From Deltaproteobacteria bacterium (GTDB lineage: Bacteria; Myxococcota_A; UBA9042; DTJE01), in contig JADHTP010000001.1 in NCBI GenBank assembly GCA_016784945.1, positions 1 through 46,426 of the forward strand: DNA of 46,426 bases, read 5' to 3'. Below are positions 16,901-25,768 of the stretch, one piece after another. Numbering within the stretch: the stretch's first letter is position 1; every line of letters begins with the position of its first letter. A model generated the notes under the pieces. It ran no database searches. It had not been told where the DNA came from and saw nothing but the letters and a program-made list of their open reading frames with translations. Made by a program: the position numbers and the translations under genes.

Positions 16901-18612
16901 TCGCTTCCCAGGAGGCCGGCGCCCACGAAAAGACCGTGGGCTACCTGCAGGAATTGGTGAGCGTTGAAACCAAGGGCCCTCAGCGTTTCGCGGACAAGAT
17001 GCAATTGGGAGACCTCCTGAGGGGGCCGCTGGAAGATCCGGCCAGGGCCCTTGCCTGGTACATGGAGGCCACCGAAGAAGGGGTTTCACCCAAGGCGGCC
17101 CTGCACAAAGCCCTGGACGCGGCGGTTACGGCCGGTGAAAACGAACAGGCCAAGACCATTCTGGAACGCGTGCTGGACCTGGAGCAGGACGGTGCCAAAC
17201 GGGCCCAATACCACTATGCTCTGGCCCTGCACGTCATGGAGCACCTGAAGGACTCGGCCACGGCCCGTCAGCACCTGTGGACGGCCCTGGAGACCCACCC
17301 CGATCAGGAAGACGCAGTGAAGGCACTGGAAAACATCCTGTCCGCCGAAAAGGACGAAGAGGGTCTTGCCAGATTGTTCCAGCTGCTGGCCCGGCACTAC
17401 CGGCTCACGGGGCAGGAAGACAAGCTGCAGCACACCTTGAGGAGGCTGGCCGAGGGCTACGACGAGCGATTGGACAATCCCCTGCTGGCCGCCGAGGCCC
17501 TGCAGCAGATGCTGAAGAACAAACCCGACGACCTGGATGCCACCATCCGTCTGGCCGAGGTGCTGACCCGGGCCCCCGGGAAGGAAAACGAGGCACTGGG
17601 GGCGCACCGCCGGGTGCTCGAAATCGACCCCACCAGCGATGGGTCCTACCGGGCCATTCGCGACCTCTGCGTGGTGATGGGCGACGAGGACGGGGCCTGG
17701 ACCGCGGCGTCGGCCTTGAGGGTGCTGGGCAACGCCACCGAGGCCGACAAGGCGGCCTTCGAGGCGGGCAGGCACCCGGCCCTCCTGCTCAAGCGCGACT
17801 CGCTGCCCGAAGGCACCTTCGAAAAGTTGATCACCGACCGGCGGGCGGACCCGGGCATGGCCAGGGTCCTCGATATCCTGTACGACCCCCTGCGGTCACT
17901 CCTGCCCTGGAAGAAGCCCGCCGACCTCGGGCTTTCCTACGGCGACCTCATGGACATGGGTCAGCGGGGCATGTTCCAGAACATGGCCGCCGCCGGGTCC
18001 AAGGTGCTGGGAATCCCGCTGCCCCGGGTCTACCGGACCAAGGGCCGGAACGGCCTGACCAAGCTGGCCTTCGATCCGCCGGCGCTGGCCGCCGGTGACG
18101 ACGTGGTGGAGGGCTGGAGGGGCAAGGAACTGCGATTCGGGCTGGGCCGAGCGCTGGTGACCTTTGCGCCGGGATTCCAGCTCACGGGAATATCCGAGGT
18201 GGAGACCCTCCGACTGTTCTTCCTGGCCGCCCTGCAGATTGCCTTTGACGACTACCCGGTTCCAGAGGACGCCGTGGGCGTCAAGGAAATGGCAAAGGAC
18301 CTGTCAAAGAAACTGACGCCGGAGATGCGGACCGAGATCCACGCCATCCTGACCGTGTTCCGCCGGGACCAGAAACACATCGATACCCAGGCCTTCCTCC
18401 AGGGTGTGGACCTCACGGCCTCGCGAGCCGGCCTGTTCCTGGCCAATGACCTCTACGTGGCGGCGGGCCTCCTGTCGGAGGACGCCATCTTCCTGAGCGA
18501 CCTGGAATACGGGGACAGGGTCACGGACCTGTGTGCCTGGACGGTCTCCGCCCGTTACGCGCAACTGCGACGCAGGATGCTCCGGTCAGGCTCGGACCCG
18601 GAGAAAGGCTGA
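13972..18612 (+). CDS. Very large TPR-repeat protein (1546 aa) with a conserved-looking non-TPR C-terminal domain
   Basis: ATG at 13972 after AGGAGG. The central roughly 1000 aa carry many 34-aa TPR-like units (e.g. AADLYHQALILDPNHQESFEALVAI, AAAQYARAVELDPADHRTQVILG, ALGAHRRVLEIDPTSDGSYRAI). The N-terminus has a Lys-rich tract, KAGKKKKKGAKG. Confidence 0.75.
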   Translation: MNWMDLQRNLPAHLGVPFRLSFEAATGRYACACLLFGGHRLLRWVLACRDGWSADGLVKPRMEDLGKALLKAGKKKKKGAKGPLTAAVKKALKDKDAEQAINDLLTATELFLSPDMVSGTEDATALAGECGDILHRLATAFEPVLEVTPVTGGPKGPDTLFGWSGPGGHGASRATHGFTSPVTALLLPGSDEPAEQGPATATEPPAPLLPCAGPKGGGWWECPNGRVYDADGLPAAPLMNLTPAGALGRLLFWNLSSDENPVHLADRLVDTGSPEAGGVLLVTAVATQAETVSPESFEEAVHFLAENELQEQGEALTAFFVEGMEALEARLREADDLKGVSDVLLKRQQLEKGPQKVLTLSRLANLFREKLDDPDAGFVCLVSALEEAPDDDTILGDLVEEAGRSGKEKEAAERLLELAGEQAGDGREALSRAAGQLYMAGEPDPEKAAAAMKIALESAPEDIDLLQAASDVAIKLGDHTWLEELFVGRRDHAADNASRLEAVLALALLYQEERPEEAADLYHQALILDPNHQESFEALVAIRLKMGKPEVVREECEGLLTRTFDPAMRADILKRYASLMMDVFKDEAAAARALSEALLLDPEDGTIPDLLGTLYEGLGEWRRLIGFLRRRANAEPDNATHHLLQMAEIARRNLEDTDAALGFLTEAAALAPDDQEPRRLIRTLHEELGLWADVARDLEESAGKAPAEDRMEILTNLGTLYLDRLSLRGRAKDTLWRALESAPSAARADLAGRLAALHREDGENEREFDALKAAVEAMGDDEKAADLYAEMGRLAMEPPQDEESARKSLEKAVALNPVHTEAVERLAGMLLEHNEPERVITLVEPLAAKAAQDEDSDAERRLRLLGAGAAMKCADHEAAAAQYARAVELDPADHRTQVILGRLQAQAGQDKEASELLTAVLEEAGESLTPMDRIEVLHTVAGCATRQGDHAKALDMLDSAYRLRGTVDGQSLRDLAVASQEAGAHEKTVGYLQELVSVETKGPQRFADKMQLGDLLRGPLEDPARALAWYMEATEEGVSPKAALHKALDAAVTAGENEQAKTILERVLDLEQDGAKRAQYHYALALHVMEHLKDSATARQHLWTALETHPDQEDAVKALENILSAEKDEEGLARLFQLLARHYRLTGQEDKLQHTLRRLAEGYDERLDNPLLAAEALQQMLKNKPDDLDATIRLAEVLTRAPGKENEALGAHRRVLEIDPTSDGSYRAIRDLCVVMGDEDGAWTAASALRVLGNATEADKAAFEAGRHPALLLKRDSLPEGTFEKLITDRRADPGMARVLDILYDPLRSLLPWKKPADLGLSYGDLMDMGQRGMFQNMAAAGSKVLGIPLPRVYRTKGRNGLTKLAFDPPALAAGDDVVEGWRGKELRFGLGRALVTFAPGFQLTGISEVETLRLFFLAALQIAFDDYPVPEDAVGVKEMAKDLSKKLTPEMRTEIHAILTVFRRDQKHIDTQAFLQGVDLTASRAGLFLANDLYVAAGLLSEDAIFLSDLEYGDRVTDLCAWTVSARYAQLRRRMLRSGSDPEKG

Positions 18613-18631
18613 TTTCCGGAGTTCCACGAAC

Positions 18632-19459
18632 ATGAAGGGACGGCTCGATCTTTCCACCCATGGAGATGTCCGGGTCCTGAGACTCTCCACCAGGGTCTCA
18701 CGTCTGGTGGGTTACTCCGTGTGTTGCTTCCAGTGGGACGATGTGCTGGTGGATTCCGGTTTCCTCCACGCCTGGAACGTGTTCGAGCCCCACCTCCGGC
18801 GACACCCGGTCCGTCTGCTCCTACACACCCACTCCCACGAGGACCACGCGGGCAACTCGGCGGCCGTGATGCGGTTGACCGGGGCCAAGGCCCCGGCGCC
18901 GGCAAACCTGGTGGACGACCTGGAACACCTGGAACGGGATCACTATCGCTGGTTCCGGAAAATCACCTGGGGCGCCCCCCCGGAACCCTGCCCCGCCACC
19001 GTCCTGGACGGGGATCTCGTTAAATGGGGCTGCCGCCGTTTCCGTTACATAGCCACGCCGGGGCACTGTTCTTCCCACCACGTCGTGTTCGAGGAGACCA
19101 CCCGGATGGTCTTCACCGGAGACCTGTACCTGGCCCCGGTCATCCGGTTCGCCTCCCGGCACGAAGAACTGGACCAGACCCTGGCGTCACTGCACCGGGT
19201 GGCCGACCTGGAGCCCGAAGTGATGTTCGATTCACACCTCGGCCCCCTGCGAGAGCCATCGAAACTGCTTCGCGAGAGGGCCCGGAACATGGAAGATGTC
19301 CGTCAGCGCATTCTGGATCTGCACGCACAGGGCCTGTCGCCCCGGGTCATCGCCAGGCGCCTTTTCGGGCCCGAGAACCACCTGCGATTGATCACCGGGG
19401 GCGATTTCAAGAAGCAGAACGTGGTGTGGTCGTTCCTGAAAGGGGCGGGAAAGGGATGA
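18632..19459 (+). CDS. MBL-fold metallo-hydrolase
   Basis: ORF trimmed to the ATG at 18632 (MKGRLDLSTHGDVRVL...), 275 aa. The HxHxDH motif is LLHTHSHEDHAGN and a later metal ligand is TPGHCSSH. Confidence 0.8.
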   Translation: MKGRLDLSTHGDVRVLRLSTRVSRLVGYSVCCFQWDDVLVDSGFLHAWNVFEPHLRRHPVRLLLHTHSHEDHAGNSAAVMRLTGAKAPAPANLVDDLEHLERDHYRWFRKITWGAPPEPCPATVLDGDLVKWGCRRFRYIATPGHCSSHHVVFEETTRMVFTGDLYLAPVIRFASRHEELDQTLASLHRVADLEPEVMFDSHLGPLREPSKLLRERARNMEDVRQRILDLHAQGLSPRVIARRLFGPENHLRLITGGDFKKQNVVWSFLKGAGKG

Positions 19460-19461
19460 GT

Positions 19462-19491
19462 CGCTGATAGCCTATCGCCTATCGCTTGTCG
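19462..19491 (+). repeat. Tandem heptanucleotide repeat, about 4 units
   Basis: CGCTGAT AGCCTAT CGCCTAT CGCTTGT CG, between the convergent stops of the MBL gene (19459) and the HAD gene (stop codon 19479-19481). It overlaps the last HAD codons. Confidence 0.7.
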
Positions 19492-20513
19492 AGGGGAGGG
19501 CCCGAATCGCAGGGGGACCATTTCGGTTCGTCGGGAAAACGGGGCTGGACGGCGACCCCGGATTCCCTGGCGGCCTGGTTCAGGTCGGCCTTGTCCCGGT
19601 CGATGAGCACCCCGTGCTCGGCCCACTTCAGCATCTCCCAGTCGGTCCAGGCATCCCCGAAAACCAGCGCCGGCCTGCGACCGATGAACTGCCGGATGGC
19701 GTCTACCTTGCCCTGCCGGTAGGTGACGGGCGTCAGAAGGTCTCCCGTGAGCCGCCCGTCCTTTTCCGAACTCCGGTTGCCCAGAACCTTTTCGGGTGGG
19801 ACCCCGTAGGCTCGGACGGCCTCCTCCACGAGCCACTCCGGTGAAGCGCTCACGACCCAGAGGTCGAATCCCGCGTCCCGGAGGCGGCGGATCATCTTGT
19901 CCATGGCCGGCCGGAGCCGGATGCCTTCCTGGACCTTTACGGGCTCACCCGAAAGTCCGTGGGGCTCGTGGGTCCGCAGGCAACGGGCCATGTTCAGGGC
20001 CCTGTCCATGGCGTCCCGGGTCAACCGGTACACCTCTTCCCGGGTGAGGCCCTTCAGGACCTGCACGAGGAAGGCCAGGCCGGCTTCCTTTCCCCCTTCC
20101 TTCCACAATTCGTAGTACCGCTGAAGAACCTTGAAGCGGATCTGGCGTCGCAGCCTCTCCCGCAGGCCGGCCTCGGGGTCATTGCCCAGGGTTTTGAAAA
20201 GCGCCGCCGTCGCCGCGGGGAACACCCGGGACTCGGGATCGGCGGGGTCGAATCCGTACCGCAGGTGGTCCGCCTGGAAGGTCAGCAGGGTGTGGGAGAT
20301 GTCACCGTCGATCAGGGTATTGTCGAAGTCGAAAACCGCCAGGGGTCGGGGGGACGTCCGGTCCGGTGAATCCTTCCTGGCCTCGATGAGGCCCGCAACC
20401 AGCCCGTCCACTTCAGGGGACCACCCGCCCGTGCTCCGGCACGCCCCGAAAAGGAAGAGAACCGACAGGAACAGGGCCTGTCGCTGCACGACTCGACTCC
20501 TCCGGTGGCTCAA
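19479..20513 (-). CDS. HAD-superfamily (subfamily IB-like) phosphatase/hydrolase, probable lipoprotein
   Basis: 344 aa. The signal/lipobox-like N-terminus is ALFLSVLFLFGAC. HAD motif I is LAVFDFDNTLIDGD, and the later motifs are VVSASPEWLV and GDAWTDWEML. The 4-nt overlap with the upstream slt-like gene suggests an operon. Confidence 0.75.
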   Translation of the reverse strand: MSHRRSRVVQRQALFLSVLFLFGACRSTGGWSPEVDGLVAGLIEARKDSPDRTSPRPLAVFDFDNTLIDGDISHTLLTFQADHLRYGFDPADPESRVFPAATAALFKTLGNDPEAGLRERLRRQIRFKVLQRYYELWKEGGKEAGLAFLVQVLKGLTREEVYRLTRDAMDRALNMARCLRTHEPHGLSGEPVKVQEGIRLRPAMDKMIRRLRDAGFDLWVVSASPEWLVEEAVRAYGVPPEKVLGNRSSEKDGRLTGDLLTPVTYRQGKVDAIRQFIGRRPALVFGDAWTDWEMLKWAEHGVLIDRDKADLNQAARESGVAVQPRFPDEPKWSPCDSGPPLDKR

Positions 20514-22741
20514 TAGTCGATCCCGGTCCCGAGATCATAATCGACCTGGTCGGGAAACAGCCTATCGTACAGCTTTTCCCGTTCCCCGGGATCAAGGTGC
20601 AGGTAAGCGTAACGCACCAGGTGACCGGCCACCAGCCGGCAGTAGTTCCTGCCTTCGTTGTAGGAGATATGCTCCACCATCTCGTCGAAGGGCAGGCCCC
20701 GGTTCTGTGTCAGGAACCGCTTGATGGGCGGAGCGCCGGCGTTGTAGGCCGCCGAGGCGAACACCATCTGACCCTTGAAGTCCTGCAGCAGGCCGCCCAG
20801 GTAACAGGTGCCGAAAAGCAGGTTGCGCCCCGGTCCGAAGAAGGATTCCACCTCGAAGGGAACGCCCAGTGCCCGGGACACCACCTCGGCCGTCTTGGGG
20901 ATCATCTGCATGATGCCGAGGGCCGCGGTGTGGGACACCTGTCGGGGGTCGTACCGGGATTCCTGGCGCATGATGGAGTAGATCCAGTGCTCCGGGAGGT
21001 GGAACCTCTGCGACAGGACCCGGGCCATGTCCCGGTGTGCCCGGGGGTACCGGACCATCCAGTACAGCGACTGCCCGCGATCCGGTTTCTTTGACATGCG
21101 GTTCGCAAAGTCGCTCGACGCCTTCCGATGAAGCGTGTTGTAGTCCTCGATGGCGGTATAGACCGTCAGCAGGAACCGGGTCCGATCGGTCCCCTTGAGA
21201 CGCCTTTCCACGGATCGGGCGATGGGCCGGTAGGCGCGGCGCGCCCGTCCCGTTTCCCCCACGTCCGAATAATCCTTGACCAGGCGCAACGTCGACCGAA
21301 GTGATGCCGGCAAACGGTCCAGGGCCCACAGGGGCTCGGGTTCCCGGGGCACAAGAGCCTCACCCGTCATCCATGGCGGCAGGGGCGCGGCCCCCCACAG
21401 GTGGAGACGCTTGGCCGCCAGGACCGCGTAATAGGTCATTGGGTAGCGATCCAGGGCCATCTGCATCCAGCGAACGGACTCGGCCTCGTTGCCCAGGGCC
21501 CGATGGGACATGCCGCCCCAGTACATGGCCTTTCCCGCCACCAGCTTGTTGCCCATCTTGAGCATCCGATCGAAGACCTTGAGCGCCTCGCTGTGTCGTT
21601 GCAGCTTGTAGAGGGACCAGGCTTTGGCCCACACGATGTAGGACCGGAGCTTATGCCTCTTCACCCGGCGCAGGAACTGTTCCAGCAGGGGCAGGGCCTC
21701 CTGGTAGCGGCCGTGGTCATAGGGGAGCCAACCCAGGTAATACAGGGCCTTGACCCTTCTCTTTCCCCGCGGGGCCAGCCTCAGGCACTCCCGATACTGG
21801 TCGGCCGCCCGGTCGTACTCCTCGAGCTTGGCAAAGGCCCGGGCCTTCTGATAGGCGGCTTCGGCGGCCTCCAGTGCGCCCCCGCGGCGGGCAAGGTCCA
21901 GGAAATGGATGGCCTTGCGGGCATCGTCCCTGACGTAGTTCAGATGGGACATGGCCAGGCGGTAGGCGAGGGATGCACCGTGATCGCCGCCGGACCAGAG
22001 TTTCTGCAACAGGCGCTGGTAGTTCGCGTAGTCCATGGCTTGGAAGAACCCGTGGGCGCGTTTTCTCAAACGATCCCGGTCCAGTTCGGCCTCGGTGAGA
22101 CCCGTGCGCCGGGCGGCCGCCGTGGCGGGAAACTCGATGTACAACCTGACCAGCAGTTCCCGTCGCCTGGATTCGGGTGAAGCCCGGGCCAGGAGATACA
22201 GGGCCTCGGACCGGTGCCGGTCCAGGGACGCCGAATCCAGGATCGATCGCGCCACCTTCCGGGCCTCCACGTCATCGCCGGCCTTTTGGGCCTGCTGGGC
22301 CAGCATCAGTCGGGCCTCGTCCCGCCGGTCCGACAGGGGGTACCGGGCCAGGTAGCGTCGGATTTCGTCGCGCGCCGTCTCGTGGTCCGTGGCGTTTTTG
22401 GCGACAAGACGTTCGAATGCGGGGAGGTCGCGAAGCCCCGGGGCCAGCCACTCCACGTCCAGTCGATCCAGGGCCGCCAGTGCCTCTCCCGGCCGCTTCG
22501 CCCCGTTGAGGGCACGGGCCAGAAGGAGGAGGGTCTTGGCCTGTTCGCGGCGTGGCATGGGACGGGCCTCGGCGGCAGACAGGAAGGCTTCGGCCCTCAG
22601 GGGGTCCAGGAGCCTCAGGTGGACCAGGCCCCGCCGGCGGGTCTCCTCCCACGGGGCGTCAGGGACCGGGACGGGCGCGCCGGTGGACAGGGTCGCCATA
22701 ACCGCTAGCAACGCAATCGGTGATAAGGCCACCAGCACCAC
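20510..22741 (-). CDS. slt: Soluble lytic murein transglycosylase (Slt70-like: superhelical/TPR-like N-domain plus SLT catalytic domain)
   Basis: 743 aa. The signal peptide is [22 protein letters not shown]. The C-terminal SLT domain is [35 protein letters not shown]...ASAAYNAG, containing the catalytic Glu-Ser, GxMQ and AYNAG motifs. Confidence 0.85.
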   Translation of the reverse strand: MVLVALSPIALLAVMATLSTGAPVPVPDAPWEETRRRGLVHLRLLDPLRAEAFLSAAEARPMPRREQAKTLLLLARALNGAKRPGEALAALDRLDVEWLAPGLRDLPAFERLVAKNATDHETARDEIRRYLARYPLSDRRDEARLMLAQQAQKAGDDVEARKVARSILDSASLDRHRSEALYLLARASPESRRRELLVRLYIEFPATAAARRTGLTEAELDRDRLRKRAHGFFQAMDYANYQRLLQKLWSGGDHGASLAYRLAMSHLNYVRDDARKAIHFLDLARRGGALEAAEAAYQKARAFAKLEEYDRAADQYRECLRLAPRGKRRVKALYYLGWLPYDHGRYQEALPLLEQFLRRVKRHKLRSYIVWAKAWSLYKLQRHSEALKVFDRMLKMGNKLVAGKAMYWGGMSHRALGNEAESVRWMQMALDRYPMTYYAVLAAKRLHLWGAAPLPPWMTGEALVPREPEPLWALDRLPASLRSTLRLVKDYSDVGETGRARRAYRPIARSVERRLKGTDRTRFLLTVYTAIEDYNTLHRKASSDFANRMSKKPDRGQSLYWMVRYPRAHRDMARVLSQRFHLPEHWIYSIMRQESRYDPRQVSHTAALGIMQMIPKTAEVVSRALGVPFEVESFFGPGRNLLFGTCYLGGLLQDFKGQMVFASAAYNAGAPPIKRFLTQNRGLPFDEMVEHISYNEGRNYCRLVAGHLVRYAYLHLDPGEREKLYDRLFPDQVDYDLGTGIDY

Positions 22742-22841
22742 CTTTCAAGGCATGGAGAAGGAAATCGTATCACGTTCACTGGTTGACAACGGGGGCCGGT
22801 GGATGGAATGGTGTGGCTGGTTGAATGCTGGAGGAGACCCC

Positions 22842-23399
22842 ATGTTCAAGATTCGATGGATGACCCCGATCCTGTGCGTGCTGTTCCTGGCGGCCGGCTG
22901 CAAGGCCGCACCGGGCGAGCAGAAGAAGGAGGCACCCAAACCCGCTGCCAAGACCGCGGTGAAGGCGGAAGAGCCGGCCAAGAAGGCGCCCAAGGCCGAA
23001 ATGCCGTCGGAGAAACCGGCCCCCAACCCGGCCAAGGAAGCGCCGAAAGCGGAGGCAAAGAAAGTGAAGACCGAAACGGGACTGGAATACGAGATCATCA
23101 AGGAAGGCACCGGCGCGGCCCCCAAGGCGGGGCAGACCGTGGTGGTGCACTACACCGGCTGGCTCACGGACGGAAAGAAGTTCGACAGTTCCGTGGACCG
23201 GGGCAAGCCCTTCAAGTTCCAGCTGGGAGCAGGCCGGGTCATCCGGGGCTGGGACCAGGGACTGGCCCTCATGAAAGTGGGTGACAAGCGCAAGCTCACC
23301 ATCCCGCCGGAACTGGGCTACGGCGCCCGCGGGGCCGGCGGGGCCATTCCCCCCAACGCCACGCTGATCTTCGAAGTGGAACTGCTCGGTATCGAGTAG
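22842..23399 (+). CDS. FKBP-type peptidyl-prolyl cis-trans isomerase, lipoprotein
   Basis: ATG at 22842 after GGAGGAG. The lipobox is [20 protein letters not shown], followed by an Ala/Pro/Lys-rich linker. The FKBP core is [62 protein letters not shown]...[10 protein letters not shown]. Confidence 0.9.
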   Translation: MFKIRWMTPILCVLFLAAGCKAAPGEQKKEAPKPAAKTAVKAEEPAKKAPKAEMPSEKPAPNPAKEAPKAEAKKVKTETGLEYEIIKEGTGAAPKAGQTVVVHYTGWLTDGKKFDSSVDRGKPFKFQLGAGRVIRGWDQGLALMKVGDKRKLTIPPELGYGARGAGGAIPPNATLIFEVELLGIE

Positions 23400-23412
23400 G
23401 CAACCAGCCTAC
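23396..23412. terminator. Short bidirectional hairpin spanning two convergent stop codons
   Basis: GTAGGC-AACCA-GCCTAC, a 6-bp stem with a 5-nt loop. It includes the TAG of the FKBP gene (23397-23399) and the TAG of the minus-strand gene (23409-23411). The stem is short and there is no clear U-tract. Confidence 0.3.
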
Positions 23413-23955
23413 ATCTTCGTCAGGAACATGTAGATCTTTCCCGTTCCTTCCCCGAACATGTTCTCGTTCAGGGAAATGACCATGTCCCCCTGTACGCAGT
23501 AAGGCTCACGGGTATCGCCCGACTCCTCCGGTATCACGATCTCGTTCCCGTCGACGGTGTATTCCTGGACCGTGGGCTCCTCGCCCGGATTGGTCTGGGT
23601 CTTTGTGCAGATGCAGTTGTCTCCTCCCACCGCACAGGTAAGGTCGTCCGTCAGGTCGGCGCATTGCGCCTCCAGCTCGGTCCCGCAGGTCATGGGGACG
23701 GTGACCTCCTGGATGATGGTCTGGGAATTCAGGGTCATGGTCATGGTGGAGCCATCGAAGGTCGCCGCCACAGGGCGTGAAATCCTTCACGGCGTTGGAA
23801 CAGTCCGAGATCAGGACCGCCTTGTCGTCCACGAAGATGACTGTGAACTTCGAGAAGTGCTTGGTGTGCCCGCTGAAAACGCCGTTACCGGCTACAAAGG
23901 CCGAAAACATAGTTGTTCGTGCGACAACTATCGAAGTGAACGGGCAAGCTGTCAA
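23409..23955 (-). pseudogene. Hypothetical Cys-containing protein split by a 1-nt frameshift; lower-GC segment
   Basis: Frame A (23506..23955) reads ...GVFSGHTKHFSKFTVIFVDDKAVLISDCSNAVKDFTP. Frame B (23409..23771) continues VAATFDGSTMTMTLNSQTIIQEVTVPMTCGTELEAQCADLTDDLTCAVGGDNCICTK...GKIYMFLTKM. The junction is at a CCC run near 23772-23776, and removing one C joins the two frames. The region is visibly less GC-rich than its neighbours. I recognise no family. Confidence 0.4.
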
Positions 23956-23992
23956 GGTGGTGGCAACGCGGGATTTCCGCTATCCTCCGGAC

Positions 23993-24895
23993 ATGGGCAC
24001 GGCATGGTTTTCTCCCATCACGACCTTCCTGCTGGTTTCCCGCCTGCACATCGTGACCATCGCCGCCCTGGGCACGCTCACCTTCGGGTGGCTGTTCACC
24101 GGGGAGTACCTGTGGACCCTCCCTCTCATCGCCGCCGTGGACTGGTTCCTGGTCAACCTCGTGAACCGGGTGGTGGACCTCCCCGAAGACCGCGCCAACC
24201 GCATCACCGGCACGGACTGGGTGGCCCGGCACTCGAAAATTCTGCTGGCCCTGTCGGTGGGAGTCCTGGCGACCTCCTTCGTGGTTGTCCAGTGCCTGCA
24301 ACCCGCCCTGTGGCCGCTGCGGGCCGGCTACCACCTGCTGGGCTTCGCCTACAACTATCCCCTGCTGCCCCTGGGGCGCGAACGGCGCATCCGGCTGAAG
24401 GAAATCTACGGCGTCAAGAACACGGCCAGCGCCATGGGCTTCCTGATCACGGTGTTCGGTTACCCCCTGGCGTCGTCGTGGGGCGGCCTGCAGGTGGGTT
24501 GGGACTACGTGATCACCATGGCGCTGTTCTTCTTCTTTTCCGAGCTGAGCTACGAAGTGGTCTACGACCTGCGCGACATCCCCGGGGACCGCGAGGCGGG
24601 AATCCCCACATTCCCCGTGGTGCACGGGCTGGAAGTGACGCGGTCCATCGTGTACGGACTGCTGGCCCTGAGCGCCATGGCCCTGATCACGGGCTACGCG
24701 GCCGACCTGATCGACTGGCCGGCCTTCATCATGATCGTCGGTCTGGGCGTCCAGTTGGCCGCCTACCAGTACTTCCAGCGTCGCGGAGTCACGGCCACGG
24801 ACTGCATCCTGCTCACCCTGACCGGCGCCGGCCTGCTTCTGGCCTACAACCTGTGGGTCTGGTCAGGCTTGCCCCTGAACCCGTTTTCCTCCTGA
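23993..24895 (+). CDS. UbiA-family aromatic/isoprenoid prenyltransferase
   Basis: ORF trimmed to the ATG at 23993 (MGTAWFSPITTFLLVSRLHIV...), 300 aa, about 8 TM segments. The first Asp-rich motif is NLVNRVVDLPEDRAN (NxxxDxxxD). The second is YDLRDIPGDREAGIPTFPVV (DxxDxxxD...G-x-x-T-x-P). Confidence 0.8.
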   Translation: MGTAWFSPITTFLLVSRLHIVTIAALGTLTFGWLFTGEYLWTLPLIAAVDWFLVNLVNRVVDLPEDRANRITGTDWVARHSKILLALSVGVLATSFVVVQCLQPALWPLRAGYHLLGFAYNYPLLPLGRERRIRLKEIYGVKNTASAMGFLITVFGYPLASSWGGLQVGWDYVITMALFFFFSELSYEVVYDLRDIPGDREAGIPTFPVVHGLEVTRSIVYGLLALSAMALITGYAADLIDWPAFIMIVGLGVQLAAYQYFQRRGVTATDCILLTLTGAGLLLAYNLWVWSGLPLNPFSS

Positions 24896-25720
24896 TTTCC
24901 AGGTCACGAGGGACATCCAGGGCAGGGCGAAGCTGAAGGCGAACACCATCAAGGGAACGTCGTCGCTGTTGTACAGGAGCAGCAACCAGAAGAAATAGGA
25001 CGCGGCCACCATCCTGGACACCATTTCGTCCAGGGGTAGTGCGGCCCGGTGCCGCAGGCGGCGACAAGGAATCACCAGCAACCCGCACAGGGCGGCCACG
25101 AACCCCGCATAGATGCCGTCCGACACGGGGCCCGTCACCCACTTGAAGAAGCCCCACCAGCAGGCCATCAGAAGGACGTGAGTGACCAACGGCGCCCCGA
25201 ACACGGTCAAGGGTTTCATTTGGCCTGGGACGACCCCGAGAAACAGGAGGCAGGCCGCCGCAAAGCAGCCCCAGCCGAAGAATCCCATGAAAGGCACCCC
25301 GAAGGGGCCGGGCTCTAACCAGTGCCACAGACCGGTGGAAGTGGCCACGGCCTCGATGAGGGCCGCGTCGAAGATCACGATGGCGCTCCCCAGCCCGATG
25401 GCCGCGACCCGACCGCGGCACAGCCGGGAGGCCACGTCCCGGGCCGACAGGATTACGAAGGGCCAGATGGCCGCCACCATCACCGGCACCCGGTCCAGGA
25501 AGAGGTGCCACCCGGGCGCGTACTCGTAGAACCCGAAAAGGCGGATGCAGGAATCCTCCGCCAGCCAGGCCGCCGGTGCGATGAGGGCGTAATCCCTCAT
25601 GAAGGCCCAACCGGCGGACCGCCCCCGGCGGAACCGTATACCTAAATAGGCCAGGATGATGACGAGGGCCGCGGGTTCGACCCAGGTGAACGGATCAGGC
25701 ATGGGTGGAATGAGTAGCAT
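24863..25720 (-). CDS. Polytopic membrane protein resembling the carotenoid-biosynthesis DUF422/CruF family
   Basis: 285 aa, about 7 TM segments. WLAEDSCIRLFGFYEYAPGWHLFLDRVPVMVAAIWPF fits my recollection of the DUF422 signature (AE...G-x-x-FG-x-Y-x-Y...VP-x-x-x-x-x-W). Size is appropriate. The 3' end overlaps the UbiA gene by 33 nt in convergent orientation. Confidence 0.4.
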   Translation of the reverse strand: MLLIPPMPDPFTWVEPAALVIILAYLGIRFRRGRSAGWAFMRDYALIAPAAWLAEDSCIRLFGFYEYAPGWHLFLDRVPVMVAAIWPFVILSARDVASRLCRGRVAAIGLGSAIVIFDAALIEAVATSTGLWHWLEPGPFGVPFMGFFGWGCFAAACLLFLGVVPGQMKPLTVFGAPLVTHVLLMACWWGFFKWVTGPVSDGIYAGFVAALCGLLVIPCRRLRHRAALPLDEMVSRMVAASYFFWLLLLYNSDDVPLMVFAFSFALPWMSLVTWKSGGKRVQGQA

Positions 25721-25726
25721 GGAGAG

Positions 25727-25768
25727 CGTCTACCGTCCACCGTCCACCGTTGATCGTTGATCGTTTGC
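25727..25768 (+). repeat. Tandem heptanucleotide repeat, 6 units
   Basis: CGTCTAC CGTCCAC CGTCCAC CGTTGAT CGTTGAT CGTTTGC, starting 7 nt beyond the start codon of the minus-strand CruF-like gene, in a divergent intergenic region. Confidence 0.85.

Noticed and set aside
14055-17775. Multiple 100-430-aa ORFs on the minus strand and in alternative plus frames inside the TPR gene
   Set aside because: They have R/P/G/S-biased composition and no motifs. All are nested in a 1546-aa ORF with clear TPR periodicity.
22742-22841. TGG-rich periodic stretch (GGTGGATGGAATGGTGTGGCTGGTTGAATGCTGG) as another repeat locus
   Set aside because: The spacing of the TGG units is irregular (4-5 nt) rather than heptameric, and there are no further copies in the window.
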